Positions 30,998 to 41,205 of a stretch of DNA of 64,000 nucleotides are shown one piece after another (position 1 is the stretch's first letter; every line of letters begins with the position of its first letter). Made by a program: the position numbers and the translations under genes. This DNA comes from Candidatus Omnitrophota bacterium (GTDB lineage: Bacteria; Omnitrophota; Gorgyraeia; Gygaellales; Profunditerraquicolaceae). The stretch spans positions 13,977 through 77,976 of the forward strand of contig JAQTQJ010000009.1 in assembly GCA_028712255.1 (NCBI GenBank), in the 5' to 3' direction. Under the pieces are notes generated by a model. It searched no databases. It had not been told where the DNA came from and saw only the letters and a list, made by a program, of their open reading frames with translations.

Positions 30998-32164
30998 ATG
31001 GCAATTGATTATAAAAAAGAGCTAGAGAATGCAGCCAGAAACATGATTCTTGTTCATGATCCGGATTCTTTGATCAAGATGATTGTGCGCATGATTGTTG
31101 CCAAAACCAAAATTAATCACGCCAGTTTCTTTTTGTATGATAAGGAAAAACAGGGATATCTACTTACGGTTTCCAGGGGTTCTTTGTCCAAAAAAGTTCC
31201 TTTAGGGCTTGTTTGTATTGACAAAGATGATGTATTGATACGTTTTTTTAAAGAGCATAAAAGCAGCCTTATTTTTGGTAGAGAAGTATTGCTTTATGAC
31301 CAAGCAAGAACTGTATTAAAAAACGCAAAATTAAAGAAGGAAGTATTGCAACAGTTAGGGCAGGTTCTTTACCAGATGGAACTTTTGGAAACCCATGTTT
31401 GTATCCCAAGTTATTTTCGTGAACAGTTGCTTGGGCTTTTGTTTTTAGGTGGAAAAAGTAATGGTAGGAAATTCCTTGATGAGGAGCTGGATTTTTTTAT
31501 TGCTCTTAATTCCAATGCATCAATGGCTATCAGGAATGCCCAGCTATTTAAGGAGTTAGAAAATGAATTGGAGCACAAACATCAGCTATTTGTGCGCACT
31601 ACCATTGCTTTGGCCGCGGCCATTGAAGCCAAGGATAATTATACCCATGGCCATACTACCCGGGTAACAAATTTGAGTATTGAGATTGCTAAAAGGATAG
31701 CGCATAAATCCAGGAATAATTTTGATGGAAAGTTTTTAGAGAATTTGCATATTGCCAGTCTTTTACATGATATTGGAAAAATTGGAGTGCCGGAGCATAT
31801 TTTAAATAAAAGAAGCGATCTCACAGTGGGAGAGCGTAATCGGATTAAAGAGCATCCTATGATTGGGGTTAATATTCTAAAGCCGATTAAAGAGCTGGAT
31901 GGGCCAATGCTGGGCGTTAAATATCATCATGAACGCTTTGATGGGCAAGGTTATCCTGAAGGCTTAAAAGGCCAGCAGATCCCTTTGATTGCTTCCATAA
32001 TTTCCGTAGCAGATTCTTTTGATGCTATGAGTACTGACCGGCCATACCGCTTGGCCTTAGACAAGAAGGATGTAATTAATGAAATCAGGTCTCTAAGCGG
32101 CAAGCAGTTTTGTCCCCGTGTTACTGATACTTTTCTAGAGCTCTGCAGGGAAGGCAGAATCTAA
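30998..32164 (+). CDS. GAF-like sensor plus HD-GYP phosphohydrolase
   Basis: HD motif (HGHTTRV...LLHDIGK) and HHERFDGQGYP (HD-GYP signature). Confidence 0.85.
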   Translation: MAIDYKKELENAARNMILVHDPDSLIKMIVRMIVAKTKINHASFFLYDKEKQGYLLTVSRGSLSKKVPLGLVCIDKDDVLIRFFKEHKSSLIFGREVLLYDQARTVLKNAKLKKEVLQQLGQVLYQMELLETHVCIPSYFREQLLGLLFLGGKSNGRKFLDEELDFFIALNSNASMAIRNAQLFKELENELEHKHQLFVRTTIALAAAIEAKDNYTHGHTTRVTNLSIEIAKRIAHKSRNNFDGKFLENLHIASLLHDIGKIGVPEHILNKRSDLTVGERNRIKEHPMIGVNILKPIKELDGPMLGVKYHHERFDGQGYPEGLKGQQIPLIASIISVADSFDAMSTDRPYRLALDKKDVINEIRSLSGKQFCPRVTDTFLELCREGRI

Positions 32165-32169
32165 CTTCT

Positions 32170-33285
32170 ATGCGCCCTAAACGTATAATCTTAATGTATA
32201 TTTCTGAGGTTTCCGGCCATCGCAGCGCTACTATGGCTATAGAAAAAGCAATTAAGCAATTGCGCCCGGATACCGAAATCTTAAATATTAATGCTTTTAA
32301 TTACACTAATCCGATATCGGAAAAAGTGATTAACCGTATTTATATGGAGGTAATCAAGCGTACTCCTAAGATTTGGGATTATCTTTATGATAATCCCAGC
32401 GTAGTTAAAGGGCTTGAAAATATCAAACGGCGTGTCCATAAATCAAATTCGCCAAAACTTAAAAAACTTTTTGATAGTTTTAATCCGGATTTAGTTGTTT
32501 GTACCCAGGCATTTCCTTGCGGGATGGTTGCTGATTATAAAAAAACCTACAGTGTAAATTTACCATTAGTTGCGGTATTAACGGATTATATCCCGCATTC
32601 ATATTGGGTTTATGATACGGTAGATTACTATATAACTCCTTCCGAAGATGTATCGGCTCGCCTAGAAAAAAAAGGTGTCGCCTCCGGTAAGATTAGGTCA
32701 TATGGCATACCATTCGACCACAAGTTTAATCAGAAACTGGATATTGGGCATATTTTTGATAAGTTAGGGTTGAATAAGCAAAGACCAGTGGTATTAATTA
32801 TGGGGGGAGGCCAGGGGTTAGGTCCTATTAAAACTATCGTTGGATCCCTTGAAAAAAGTAATCATGATCTTTGCGAGCTGATTGTCGCCGGTATTAATAA
32901 GAAATTATTTAGGTCTCTCAAGCGTAAGATAAAGCATTATAAAAAAGATATTCACTTGTTTGGTTTTGTGCAGAATATCCATGAATTAATGCGGATTTCT
33001 AGTGTAATTATTTCTAAGCCTGGAGGGGTTACTACTGCTGAAGTTTTAAGTATGGGTTTGCCTATGGTTATTGTTAAACCTATTCCCGGCCAGGAAGTCA
33101 ATAACACCAGTTTTTTAACCCAGAAAGGGGCAGCAATCAAAGTGGATGAGCCTAAAGTAGTCCATAAGATTATCGACGAACTGTTAGAAAATAAAACAAA
33201 ATTAGAGCAATTGAAAAGCGCTGCTTTAAAAATTGCCAAGCCGCAGGCCAGCATGGATATTGCTAAACTTCTTTTGAGCCTATAG
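32170..33285 (+). CDS. glycosyltransferase family 28 (MGDG synthase / YpfP-like diacylglycerol glycosyltransferase)
   Basis: MGDG_synth-like N-terminus and GT-B C-terminus (GGGQGLGP). Confidence 0.7.
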   Translation: MRPKRIILMYISEVSGHRSATMAIEKAIKQLRPDTEILNINAFNYTNPISEKVINRIYMEVIKRTPKIWDYLYDNPSVVKGLENIKRRVHKSNSPKLKKLFDSFNPDLVVCTQAFPCGMVADYKKTYSVNLPLVAVLTDYIPHSYWVYDTVDYYITPSEDVSARLEKKGVASGKIRSYGIPFDHKFNQKLDIGHIFDKLGLNKQRPVVLIMGGGQGLGPIKTIVGSLEKSNHDLCELIVAGINKKLFRSLKRKIKHYKKDIHLFGFVQNIHELMRISSVIISKPGGVTTAEVLSMGLPMVIVKPIPGQEVNNTSFLTQKGAAIKVDEPKVVHKIIDELLENKTKLEQLKSAALKIAKPQASMDIAKLLLSL

Positions 33286-34142
33286 TGCTAAATTATTATC
33301 TTTACCGCTTTGGCCAATTTATCGCTTTAAACTTACCGCTAAAATTTGTTTATTGTTTTGCAATGTTTTTAGCCGACCTACATTATTTTTTTGCATTCCG
33401 TGATAGGAGATTTGTAAGAAATAACCTAAGGGTTATTTTTCCGGATAAACCGATTAGAGATTTACGAAAGATTAGTAGAAAGGTTTTTCAAAATTTTGCC
33501 AAGTACCTGGTAGATTTTTTCCGTTTTGAAAAATTGGATCTTGAGTATATAGATAAAAATATAAAGTTGGAAAATTTGCATCATTTTGATGACGCCTTGT
33601 CTAAAGGCAAGGGCGCAATAGTATTAACTGCTCATTTAGGCAATTGGGAGCTTGGAGGAGTGGTTATCGCGCAATTAAAGTATCCTTTTTGGGTGGTAGC
33701 CTTGCCCCATAAAAACAAAAAAGTTAATGGATTTTTCGACACGCAGAGGAATGGAAAAGGGGTTAAGGTTATTGCCATGGGAAAAGCTGTCAGAAGCTGT
33801 ATTTCCGAAATCAGAAATAATCATATGGTGGCTTTGGTGGGGGACCGGGATTTTACTGAAAAAGGGATTGTAATTGATTTTTTTGGTAAACCTACGCATT
33901 TTCCGAAAGGGCCGGCAGCTTTAAGCCTAATGACTGGGGCTTTGATTGTTCCCGGTTTCATGCTTAGGAATCCAGACGATAGTTTTACTTTGAGAATTGA
34001 AAAACCAATAGAATTTTCTCCTACCGGAGATAGGGAAAAAGATTTGGCAGGATTAGTTACTGTTTATAAGAAGATTATTGAAGATTATATCCGTAAATAT
34101 CCCGAACAATGGTATGTTTTCCATAAATTCTGGGTTAGCTAA
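33285..34142 (+). CDS. lysophospholipid / lipid A (LpxL/HtrB-family) acyltransferase
   Basis: 285 aa LPLAT-family architecture with N-terminal TM segment. Confidence 0.7.
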   Translation: MLNYYLYRFGQFIALNLPLKFVYCFAMFLADLHYFFAFRDRRFVRNNLRVIFPDKPIRDLRKISRKVFQNFAKYLVDFFRFEKLDLEYIDKNIKLENLHHFDDALSKGKGAIVLTAHLGNWELGGVVIAQLKYPFWVVALPHKNKKVNGFFDTQRNGKGVKVIAMGKAVRSCISEIRNNHMVALVGDRDFTEKGIVIDFFGKPTHFPKGPAALSLMTGALIVPGFMLRNPDDSFTLRIEKPIEFSPTGDREKDLAGLVTVYKKIIEDYIRKYPEQWYVFHKFWVS

Positions 34143-34144
34143 TT

Positions 34145-34822
34145 ATGCGCACCTGTGTAATTATTCCAACTTATAATGAATCTAGGGCAATTGGCAGCTT
34201 AATTAGCCAGATAACTAAATTAGGCCTTGAGGTAATTATAGTGGATGATGGCTCAAGGGATGATACAGCAAAGATTGCACTTTCAAGCGGCGCTAAGGTT
34301 TTGCGTAATGATATTAATATGGGCAAAGGCGCCTCTTTAATCAAGGGGTATAATTTTGTTATTGCTCAGGGATTTGACGCAGTGATAAGTATGGATGGGG
34401 ATGGCCAGCATTCATGCGATGATATTACGGCATTTATCCATAAGGCTAAAGATTCTCAAAACGCTTTGATTGTTGGTAACCGTATGAGCACAACTAGAGG
34501 CATGCCTGCCTTACGTGTTATAACTAATCGTTTTATGTCAGCATTAATTTCGTTAATCATTAAGCAATATATTCCTGATACTCAGTGTGGTTTCCGTTTA
34601 ATAAAAAAAGAATTACTTGAGAAAATAAACTTATCAACCTCTAAATATGAAACTGAGTCTGAAATTCTGATTAAGGCGGCGCGCCTCGGTTTTAAAATCG
34701 AATCTATCCCGATTAAAACTATTTATTCCGGGCAAAAAAGCCAGATAAATCCTTTTATCGATACTTTAAGATTCCTGCGTTTCATTATTCTGCACTCTAT
34801 AAGGAGCCCTAAGCATGTTTGA
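34145..34822 (+). CDS. glycosyltransferase family 2 (polyprenol-phosphate sugar synthase-like)
   Basis: GT-A fold with VIIPTYNE, DDGSRD and D.D motifs. Confidence 0.8.
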   Translation: MRTCVIIPTYNESRAIGSLISQITKLGLEVIIVDDGSRDDTAKIALSSGAKVLRNDINMGKGASLIKGYNFVIAQGFDAVISMDGDGQHSCDDITAFIHKAKDSQNALIVGNRMSTTRGMPALRVITNRFMSALISLIIKQYIPDTQCGFRLIKKELLEKINLSTSKYETESEILIKAARLGFKIESIPIKTIYSGQKSQINPFIDTLRFLRFIILHSIRSPKHV

Positions 34823-34837
34823 AAAGGTGTTTTCTGA

Positions 34838-35341
34838 ATGATTCAGGTTTACACAGGTAATGGTAAAGGTAAGACTACTGCGGCATTGGGCCTGGCAATA
34901 CGTGCTGCCGGAGCAGGATTTAATGTTTATATTGCGCAGTTTACAAAGGGCCGGTTTTGTAGCGAACATAAGGCATTGAAGAAAATAAAAAATATAAAAG
35001 TGGAACAGTTTGGCAGGAATTGTTTTATAAAATATAAACCTCAAGCAATCGATGTTGCGTTAGCTCATAAGGGCCTGGAAAAAGTAAAAAAAATTATTTC
35101 CCGCAGGAAATACCGCTTAATAATTTTAGATGAAATTAACGTTGCTCTGAAATTAAGGTTGGTCGAGATTAAAGACGTGCTGGATTTAATGAAATATACT
35201 CCCAGAGGCATTGAATTGGTTCTTACCGGCCGCTGCGCTCCGGAGCAGATTGTAAAATGCGCAGACTTGGTTAGCCAAATAAAGGAAATTAAGCATTATT
35301 ATAAGCGTGGTTTTAGAGCAAGAAAAGGCATTGAGTTCTAA
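34838..35341 (+). CDS. cobO: cob(I)yrinic acid a,c-diamide (corrinoid) adenosyltransferase, CobA/CobO/BtuR type
   Basis: P-loop GNGKGKTTAALG and family-typical length. Confidence 0.85.
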   Translation: MIQVYTGNGKGKTTAALGLAIRAAGAGFNVYIAQFTKGRFCSEHKALKKIKNIKVEQFGRNCFIKYKPQAIDVALAHKGLEKVKKIISRRKYRLIILDEINVALKLRLVEIKDVLDLMKYTPRGIELVLTGRCAPEQIVKCADLVSQIKEIKHYYKRGFRARKGIEF

Positions 35342-35394
35342 AAGATAAAGTTTATTGACAAATTAGAATGGAGTGTTAAAGTAATTAAGACAAT

Positions 35395-35600
35395 TTAGTG
35401 ATACAGGTTAAGGGAAATCCGTTTGGCCACAAGGCCATGGTTTGGCACAAAAAAGCCAAAGCCAGAAATCGGATGCGGTCCCGCCGCTGTAAAAGTTGAC
35501 GAAAGCTGCTAGCAGATAAAAGCCACTGTACTATGGAAATTAGTATGGGAAGGCGCAGCAAGTAGGATAAGACTTAAGCCAGAAGACCTGCCTGTATAAA
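35395..35600 (+). promoter_or_regulatory. cobalamin (AdoCbl) riboswitch
   Basis: GGGAAATCCG region and CCGCCGCTGTAAAAG. B12 box AGCCAGAAGACCTGCC at 35578-35593. A possible hairpin/U-rich expression platform lies further downstream at ~35643-35690. Precedes btuFCD-cobCUTS. Confidence 0.6.
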
Positions 35601-35689
35601 GAAAGTAATGCCTCGTGGAAGGGCCATAGTATTATCAGGGTGAAGCCCGATCCAGGTACCAGGAGTACCAGGTTCGGGTATTTTATTTT

Positions 35690-36517
35690 ATGAAGAAAAC
35701 TATTTTTCTAGCCGTATTTTTTGGTTTATTTTTTTACTCCACGGCTTTTGCGTATGCGCGCTATATCAGCCTTGCTCCTTCTACAACCGAGATACTTTTT
35801 GCTTTAGGGTTAGATGAAGAGATTGTGGGGGTAAGCTCGTATTGTAACTATCCGGCGCAGGCAAAAAACAAGAACAGGATTGGGGATTTTAGTAGTCCTA
35901 ATATTGAGAAGATAATTTCATTAAAGCCGGATTATATTTTTTGTACCGGCCTTGAGCAAGCGCCAGTAATTACACAGTTAAAACAGCTCAAACTTAATGT
36001 TTATGTCGCCGACCCGGTAAATGTCGAAGAGTTGTTAAAAACAATCAAAGAAATAGGAGAGATAACCAAGAGAACAAGTCAAGCAACTGTATTGATTCAA
36101 CAGATGAGAAACCAGATTCAGGCAGTAACTTCGAAGGTAGAACTTATTCCACAGGGAAAAAGGATTAAAGTTTTTCTTGAGATTTGGCATGAGCCATTAA
36201 TGACTGCGGCGGGTGGCTCTTTTGTTGACGAGTTAGTTACTCTAGCAGGAGGGATTAATATTGCTCATGATTTACCACGGCCATATTGCAGTTTTAGCGC
36301 TGAAAGTGTAATTAGCCTTAATCCTCAATGCATTATCCTGGCGTATATGGATAAGGAGGCTCCTTTAAAATTAATTAAACAGCGTTTTGGCTGGGAAAGA
36401 ATCGATGCCGTAAAGAATGGGCGGATATTCAACGATATTGATCCGGATATTTTACTTCGGCCCGGCCCAAGAATTACCAAAGGGCTTAGTCAAATTTATA
36501 AAAGATTGTACCAATAA
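35690..36517 (+). CDS. btuF: periplasmic corrinoid/siderophore-type ABC substrate-binding protein (BtuF-like)
   Basis: Signal peptide and class III PBP fold. Riboswitch-controlled, followed by FecCD permease and ATPase. Confidence 0.7.
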   Translation: MKKTIFLAVFFGLFFYSTAFAYARYISLAPSTTEILFALGLDEEIVGVSSYCNYPAQAKNKNRIGDFSSPNIEKIISLKPDYIFCTGLEQAPVITQLKQLKLNVYVADPVNVEELLKTIKEIGEITKRTSQATVLIQQMRNQIQAVTSKVELIPQGKRIKVFLEIWHEPLMTAAGGSFVDELVTLAGGINIAHDLPRPYCSFSAESVISLNPQCIILAYMDKEAPLKLIKQRFGWERIDAVKNGRIFNDIDPDILLRPGPRITKGLSQIYKRLYQ

Positions 36518-36529
36518 TAGAGGATAATT

Positions 36530-37483
36530 ATGCGCCTTGGAAGAAAACTTTTAATTTTATTTTTACTACTCTGTGTGGCTGTAATTCTGGGCCTGATAAA
36601 AGGTGCGGTAAACATTCCATTGCCCGATCTTTTATCCAAAGGTAACCAAACGATTATTAATTTACGTTTATTACGGATTGTTGCGGCAATTTTTGTGGGA
36701 AGTGGTCTGGCGGTGTCTGGAATAGCGCTTCAGGCAATATTAAGGAATCCACTAGCTGAACCATATTTATTGGGTACTTCAAGCGGCGCGGGCCTAGCGG
36801 CGCTTAGTGCTATGATATTGGGAGTTTCTAGGATTTATATGCCTTTGGCAGCATTTCTGGGTGCAGGTCTGAGTATTATCATTGTTTATAATCTATCCCG
36901 TGAAAGAGGTATGATTGTGGATAAAACTCTGATTCTTTCCGGTGTCATTATCTCTGTTGCTTTTTCTTCGGTAATAGTATTTCTTGTATCGTTGTTTGGG
37001 GATAAAGCAATGCATGAGATGAACTGGTGGTTGTGGGGAAGCCTGCAGGTTTTTGATTATAAGCTTTTACTTTTGGTTGCATTTCCAGTGGTATTGGGGA
37101 TATGTGTGATTTATCTGTTTGCTCAGGATCTTAACGCCATTAGCATGGGAGAAGAGGATGCAAGGCATTTGGGTATAGAGGTACAGAATATAAAGAAGGT
37201 GCTTATTTTTATTACTGCTTTGATTACTGCTAGCCTTATTTGTATCTGCGGGATAATTGGGTTTGTCGGTTTGATTGTGCCGCACATGATGCGCCTGGTT
37301 GTTGGCCCGAACCACAAAGTTTTAATCCCGGTGACGTGTCTGGCTGCTTCGGTCTTTATGGTTGCCTGTGACCTTTTAGCGCGTACACTTTTTGCGCCTG
37401 TTGAAATTCCTATTGGTGTACTTACGGCAATAATCGGGACGCCGGTATTTATCATACTTTTGAAAAAAGGGAAGAGGATTTAA
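36530..37483 (+). CDS. btuC: ABC permease FecCD family (BtuC-like)
   Basis: 317 aa multi-TM FecCD-type protein. Confidence 0.8.
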   Translation: MRLGRKLLILFLLLCVAVILGLIKGAVNIPLPDLLSKGNQTIINLRLLRIVAAIFVGSGLAVSGIALQAILRNPLAEPYLLGTSSGAGLAALSAMILGVSRIYMPLAAFLGAGLSIIIVYNLSRERGMIVDKTLILSGVIISVAFSSVIVFLVSLFGDKAMHEMNWWLWGSLQVFDYKLLLLVAFPVVLGICVIYLFAQDLNAISMGEEDARHLGIEVQNIKKVLIFITALITASLICICGIIGFVGLIVPHMMRLVVGPNHKVLIPVTCLAASVFMVACDLLARTLFAPVEIPIGVLTAIIGTPVFIILLKKGKRI

Positions 37484-38274
37484 TGCCTGCTCTGCTGAAA
37501 ATAAATAATTTAGTCGGTGGCTATTATAAAGAAGATATTATCAAGGGATTGACTCTGAATGTAAATCAAGGCGATTTTCTGGTAATTATCGGGCCCAATG
37601 GTTCAGGGAAAACTACGCTTTTACGCCTGGTAACGCGGGTGCTTAATTTAAAAGCCGGAGAGATTCTTTATAAAGATGAAAATATAGCGCGGATGGATTT
37701 AAAAGAATTTTGTCGAAGAATAGCTTTTGTATCTGGGGATATCTCAACAGATTTCTCTTTTACGGTTATGGAACTAGTTTTAATGGGCAGAATTCCTCAT
37801 TTAAAAAGGCTGCAATTTGAAACTAAAAAAGATATTGAGATTGCTATTAGTAAGCTTGCCCTCACTGATACCCTGAGCCTAAAAGACAAGCATATCGATG
37901 AATTAAGTGCTGGTGAGCGCCAGAGAGTGGTTATAGCCCGCGCCTTAGCTCAGGAACCACTTCTTCTGTTATTGGATGAACCGACTTCGCATTTGGATAT
38001 CGGGCATCAGGTGCAGATTTTGGATTTATTAAAAAAGCTTAATCGCCGTGATAACCTTACGATTGTAATGATTTTACATGATTTAAATTTAGCCAGCGCC
38101 TATGCTAATCGTATTGCTTTACTAGACAAGGGTATTGTTTTTAAGCAGGGTTCTGCGCAGGAAGTTTTAACCTATCAGAATATCGAAGCGGTGTATAAAA
38201 CAATCGTTTTAGTTAATGATAATCCCCTTACCGGTAAGCCAAATGTGGTTTTGGTTCCGGGAGATAATCAATAA
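37483..38274 (+). CDS. btuD: ABC transporter ATP-binding protein (BtuD/FepC-like)
   Basis: Walker A GPNGSGKTT, signature LSAGERQR, Walker B LLLLDEPT. Confidence 0.85.
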   Translation: MPALLKINNLVGGYYKEDIIKGLTLNVNQGDFLVIIGPNGSGKTTLLRLVTRVLNLKAGEILYKDENIARMDLKEFCRRIAFVSGDISTDFSFTVMELVLMGRIPHLKRLQFETKKDIEIAISKLALTDTLSLKDKHIDELSAGERQRVVIARALAQEPLLLLLDEPTSHLDIGHQVQILDLLKKLNRRDNLTIVMILHDLNLASAYANRIALLDKGIVFKQGSAQEVLTYQNIEAVYKTIVLVNDNPLTGKPNVVLVPGDNQ

Positions 38275-38876
38275 TGACAAGGCTTTTTTTAATCCGCCAT
38301 GGGATAACCGTTTGGAATAAGCAGGGCCGTTACTGTGGGTGTAAGGATGTGTCTTTAAGCAGCCAAGGGAAGATCCAGGTTGCTAAATTACGCATGAGTC
38401 TTGGAAGTTTAAGATTTGATAAAATTTACTGTAGCGATAGGAAACGCGCGCTCCAGAGCAGGTCAATACTCTTTGGAAGGCATAAATTTACCAAGATGAA
38501 GGGTTTAAGAGAGATTAATTTTGGCGTACTCGAAGGGTTAAAGCATGATGAAATTATGAAAAAATACTCCGAGGTTTATAAAAACTGGTTAACTAATCCT
38601 TATAAGGCTCGGATTCCTAGGGCAGAACCTATGCAGATTTTTAAAAAAAGGGTGGTGGGTACTATAAAGAAGATATTTAAAATTAATTCCGGAAAAACTA
38701 TTGCCGCGGTTTGTCACGGTGGGGTAATCGGTGCATTCGTAAGTAATATATTAAAGAAGGATCGTGAATTTTGGCGTTATGTACCCGCCTCTTCAAGTAT
38801 TACAGTTGTGGAGTATAAGGACAAGAAATTTAAGCTGAGTAAATTTTATCACAAAAAATATCTTTCTAGTAAATAA
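38274..38876 (+). CDS. cobC: histidine phosphatase family, alpha-ribazole phosphatase-like
   Basis: N-terminal RHG motif (LIRHGITVWN). Lies in the cobalamin locus. Confidence 0.7.
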   Translation: MTRLFLIRHGITVWNKQGRYCGCKDVSLSSQGKIQVAKLRMSLGSLRFDKIYCSDRKRALQSRSILFGRHKFTKMKGLREINFGVLEGLKHDEIMKKYSEVYKNWLTNPYKARIPRAEPMQIFKKRVVGTIKKIFKINSGKTIAAVCHGGVIGAFVSNILKKDREFWRYVPASSSITVVEYKDKKFKLSKFYHKKYLSSK

Positions 38877-39400
38877 TGAATAAAATAACTTTAATTTTAG
38901 GAGGAGCACGTAGTGGAAAAAGTTCCTATGCTTTGACTCTTGCTAAAAGATATAAAAAAGTTGCCTTTATTGCTACTTGCCAGGGGCAAGATAAAGAAAT
39001 GCGTCAACGTATCAAGTTGCATAAAGAAGCCAGGCCTAAGCATTGGGATACTTTTGAGGAGCCCAGAAATTTAAAAAAAGTAATAGAAGGGATAAATAAT
39101 AAATTTGAATGTATTTTAATTGATTGCCTAACTCTTTTAGTTTCTAATTTTATCTTAGCTGGAGAGAAGGAGCCAAAAATTTTTAAGGAGCTTGATGAAT
39201 TATTGTCTATTTTAGTTAAAAAAAGAGTAAAAATAATAATAGTTTCTAATGAAGTTGGTCTGGGGTTGGTTCCCGTAAATAAATTAGGAAGAGATTTTCG
39301 TGATATCGCAGGAAAAGTAAATCAATTTGTCGCAGCAAAGGCCAAGGAGGTAATTTTTATGGTCTCCGGAATACCTTTAAAGATAAAAGGAGGCAACTAA
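38876..39400 (+). CDS. cobU: adenosylcobinamide kinase / adenosylcobinamide-phosphate guanylyltransferase
   Basis: P-loop GGARSGKS. About 175 aa CobU/CobP family. Confidence 0.85.
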   Translation: MNKITLILGGARSGKSSYALTLAKRYKKVAFIATCQGQDKEMRQRIKLHKEARPKHWDTFEEPRNLKKVIEGINNKFECILIDCLTLLVSNFILAGEKEPKIFKELDELLSILVKKRVKIIIVSNEVGLGLVPVNKLGRDFRDIAGKVNQFVAAKAKEVIFMVSGIPLKIKGGN

Positions 39401-40459
39401 TTGGAAAGGATAAAAAAGATAATCGGTGAAATCTCTGAGGTCGATATCTTGATGATGAAGAAAACTCAAGAAAGATTAGATAGTTTGACCAAGCCTTTAG
39501 GAAGCCTAGGCAGATTGGAAGAATTAGCAAAACAAATCTGTGGAATTACCGGAAAAGATAATCCCTTGCTAGAAAAGAAGGTTATTTTTACCTTGGCTGC
39601 AGATCATGGTGTTACTGATGAGGGGGTAAGTGCTTATCCTCGGGAGGTAACTGCTCAGATGGTTTACAATTTTTTAAATGGTGGGGCAGGAATAAATGTT
39701 TTAGCAAGGCATGTTAATGCACGGGTAGTGGTCGCAGATTTTGGAGTTGTTGTGGATCTAAAAGCCAACCAGAAATTGAAGATTAAGAAGATAAATTACG
39801 GAACAAAAAATATGGCAAAGGGTCCGGCAATGACTAGGGATGAGGCTATAAAAGCCATTTGCGCGGGGATTGAAATACTTAAAGAAGAGCTTAAGTTTGG
39901 GGTTAATATTATTGGAACCGGGGAGATGGGCATTGGTAATACTACTGCTGCCAGCGCAATCGCTGCCTGTTTTACTAAAAGAGAAGTTGAAGAGGTAGTT
40001 GGAAGAGGGGCAGGTTTAGATAATAGAGGACTAAAAAATAAGATAGAGGTGATTAAAAAGTCTCTTTCTATTAATAAACCTAATTCGTCCGATCCTATTG
40101 ATGTTTTATCTAAAATAGGAGGATTTGAAATCGCCGGCCTTGTAGGGGTTATTCTGGCGGCTTCTGCCAATAAGATTCCTGTAGTTATTGATGGATTTAT
40201 ATCCGCAGCCAGTGCTTTGGTTGCTTTTAAAATTGAGCCTAAAGTAAAAAATTATATGATCGCCGCGCATAATTCTGTAGAAAAGGGCCATAAAATTATT
40301 TTAGAGCATATCGGTTTAAGACCCCTAATGGATTTGGATTTACGGCTTGGTGAAGGCACAGGAGGGGCATTGGGTATTGGTTTGGCTGATGCAGCAGTTA
40401 AGATCCTTACGCAAATGGCTACTTTTAAGAATGCTAATGTATCGGAGAAAAAGGAATGA
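39401..40459 (+). CDS. cobT: nicotinate-nucleotide--dimethylbenzimidazole phosphoribosyltransferase
   Basis: 352 aa with the CobT family GxGNT motif (MGIGNTTAAS). TTG start. Confidence 0.85.
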   Translation: MERIKKIIGEISEVDILMMKKTQERLDSLTKPLGSLGRLEELAKQICGITGKDNPLLEKKVIFTLAADHGVTDEGVSAYPREVTAQMVYNFLNGGAGINVLARHVNARVVVADFGVVVDLKANQKLKIKKINYGTKNMAKGPAMTRDEAIKAICAGIEILKEELKFGVNIIGTGEMGIGNTTAASAIAACFTKREVEEVVGRGAGLDNRGLKNKIEVIKKSLSINKPNSSDPIDVLSKIGGFEIAGLVGVILAASANKIPVVIDGFISAASALVAFKIEPKVKNYMIAAHNSVEKGHKIILEHIGLRPLMDLDLRLGEGTGGALGIGLADAAVKILTQMATFKNANVSEKKE

Positions 40460-41205
40460 GTAGTTTTTTATTGGCAATGCAATTTCTAACCATTCTGCCT
40501 CTAGAGATTAAAAAATTTAACCAGGTTAAAATAGCCAAGTCCCTAATCTACTTTCCGGTTGTCGGCTTATTTTTAGGATTAATACTTACTGGTATAAACA
40601 TGTTATTAACGGCTTTGGGTATTTTTCCGTTGACCGTAAACATAATCCTGGTTGTGGTTTTAATTATTCTTACCGGAGGAATGCATTTAGATGGGTTAAG
40701 TGATACAGCAGATGCGTTTTTAAGTGGTAAAGAGAAAGAAGAAATGCTTACGATTATGCGGGATTCGCATACCGGAGTAATGGGCGTTTTGAGCTTGATA
40801 AGTATTATACTTCTTAAGACCGGTTTGCTCCTGTCTGTGAGTGTTGTGCTGAAACCAGCAGCTTTAATATTGATGTGTGTTTTAGGTAGGTGGTCTGCTG
40901 TTTTTTGTATGTATTTATTTCCTTACGCGCGCCAGGAAGGCAAGGCAAAATTATTTATAGAAGGGATTAACTTAAAAATCTTTATTATTTCTTCAATAGT
41001 CGTCATTATCTGCGTATCTGTAGTTTTGAGCATAGCGGGATTGGCTATTTTATTAACTATATCCGGTTGTATTTATTTAATTGGAAAATCTATTTGTAAA
41101 AAGATCGAAGGAATAACCGGTGATACGCTGGGAGCTCTAATTGAATTGACAGAAGTTGCTACTTTATTAATTTTGTGTTTTGTTCAAGGGGTGATCAATG
41201 GATAA
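40456..41205 (+). CDS. cobS: cobalamin 5'-phosphate synthase (adenosylcobinamide-GDP ribazoletransferase)
   Basis: 249 aa polytopic membrane protein (CobS/CobV). Adjacent to cobT. Confidence 0.8.
   Translation: MSSFLLAMQFLTILPLEIKKFNQVKIAKSLIYFPVVGLFLGLILTGINMLLTALGIFPLTVNIILVVVLIILTGGMHLDGLSDTADAFLSGKEKEEMLTIMRDSHTGVMGVLSLISIILLKTGLLLSVSVVLKPAALILMCVLGRWSAVFCMYLFPYARQEGKAKLFIEGINLKIFIISSIVVIICVSVVLSIAGLAILLTISGCIYLIGKSICKKIEGITGDTLGALIELTEVATLLILCFVQGVING

Noticed and set aside
35355-35387. TTGACA at 35355 as promoter for the B12 riboswitch
   Set aside because: No acceptable -10 hexamer at 16-19 nt spacing. Left unannotated.
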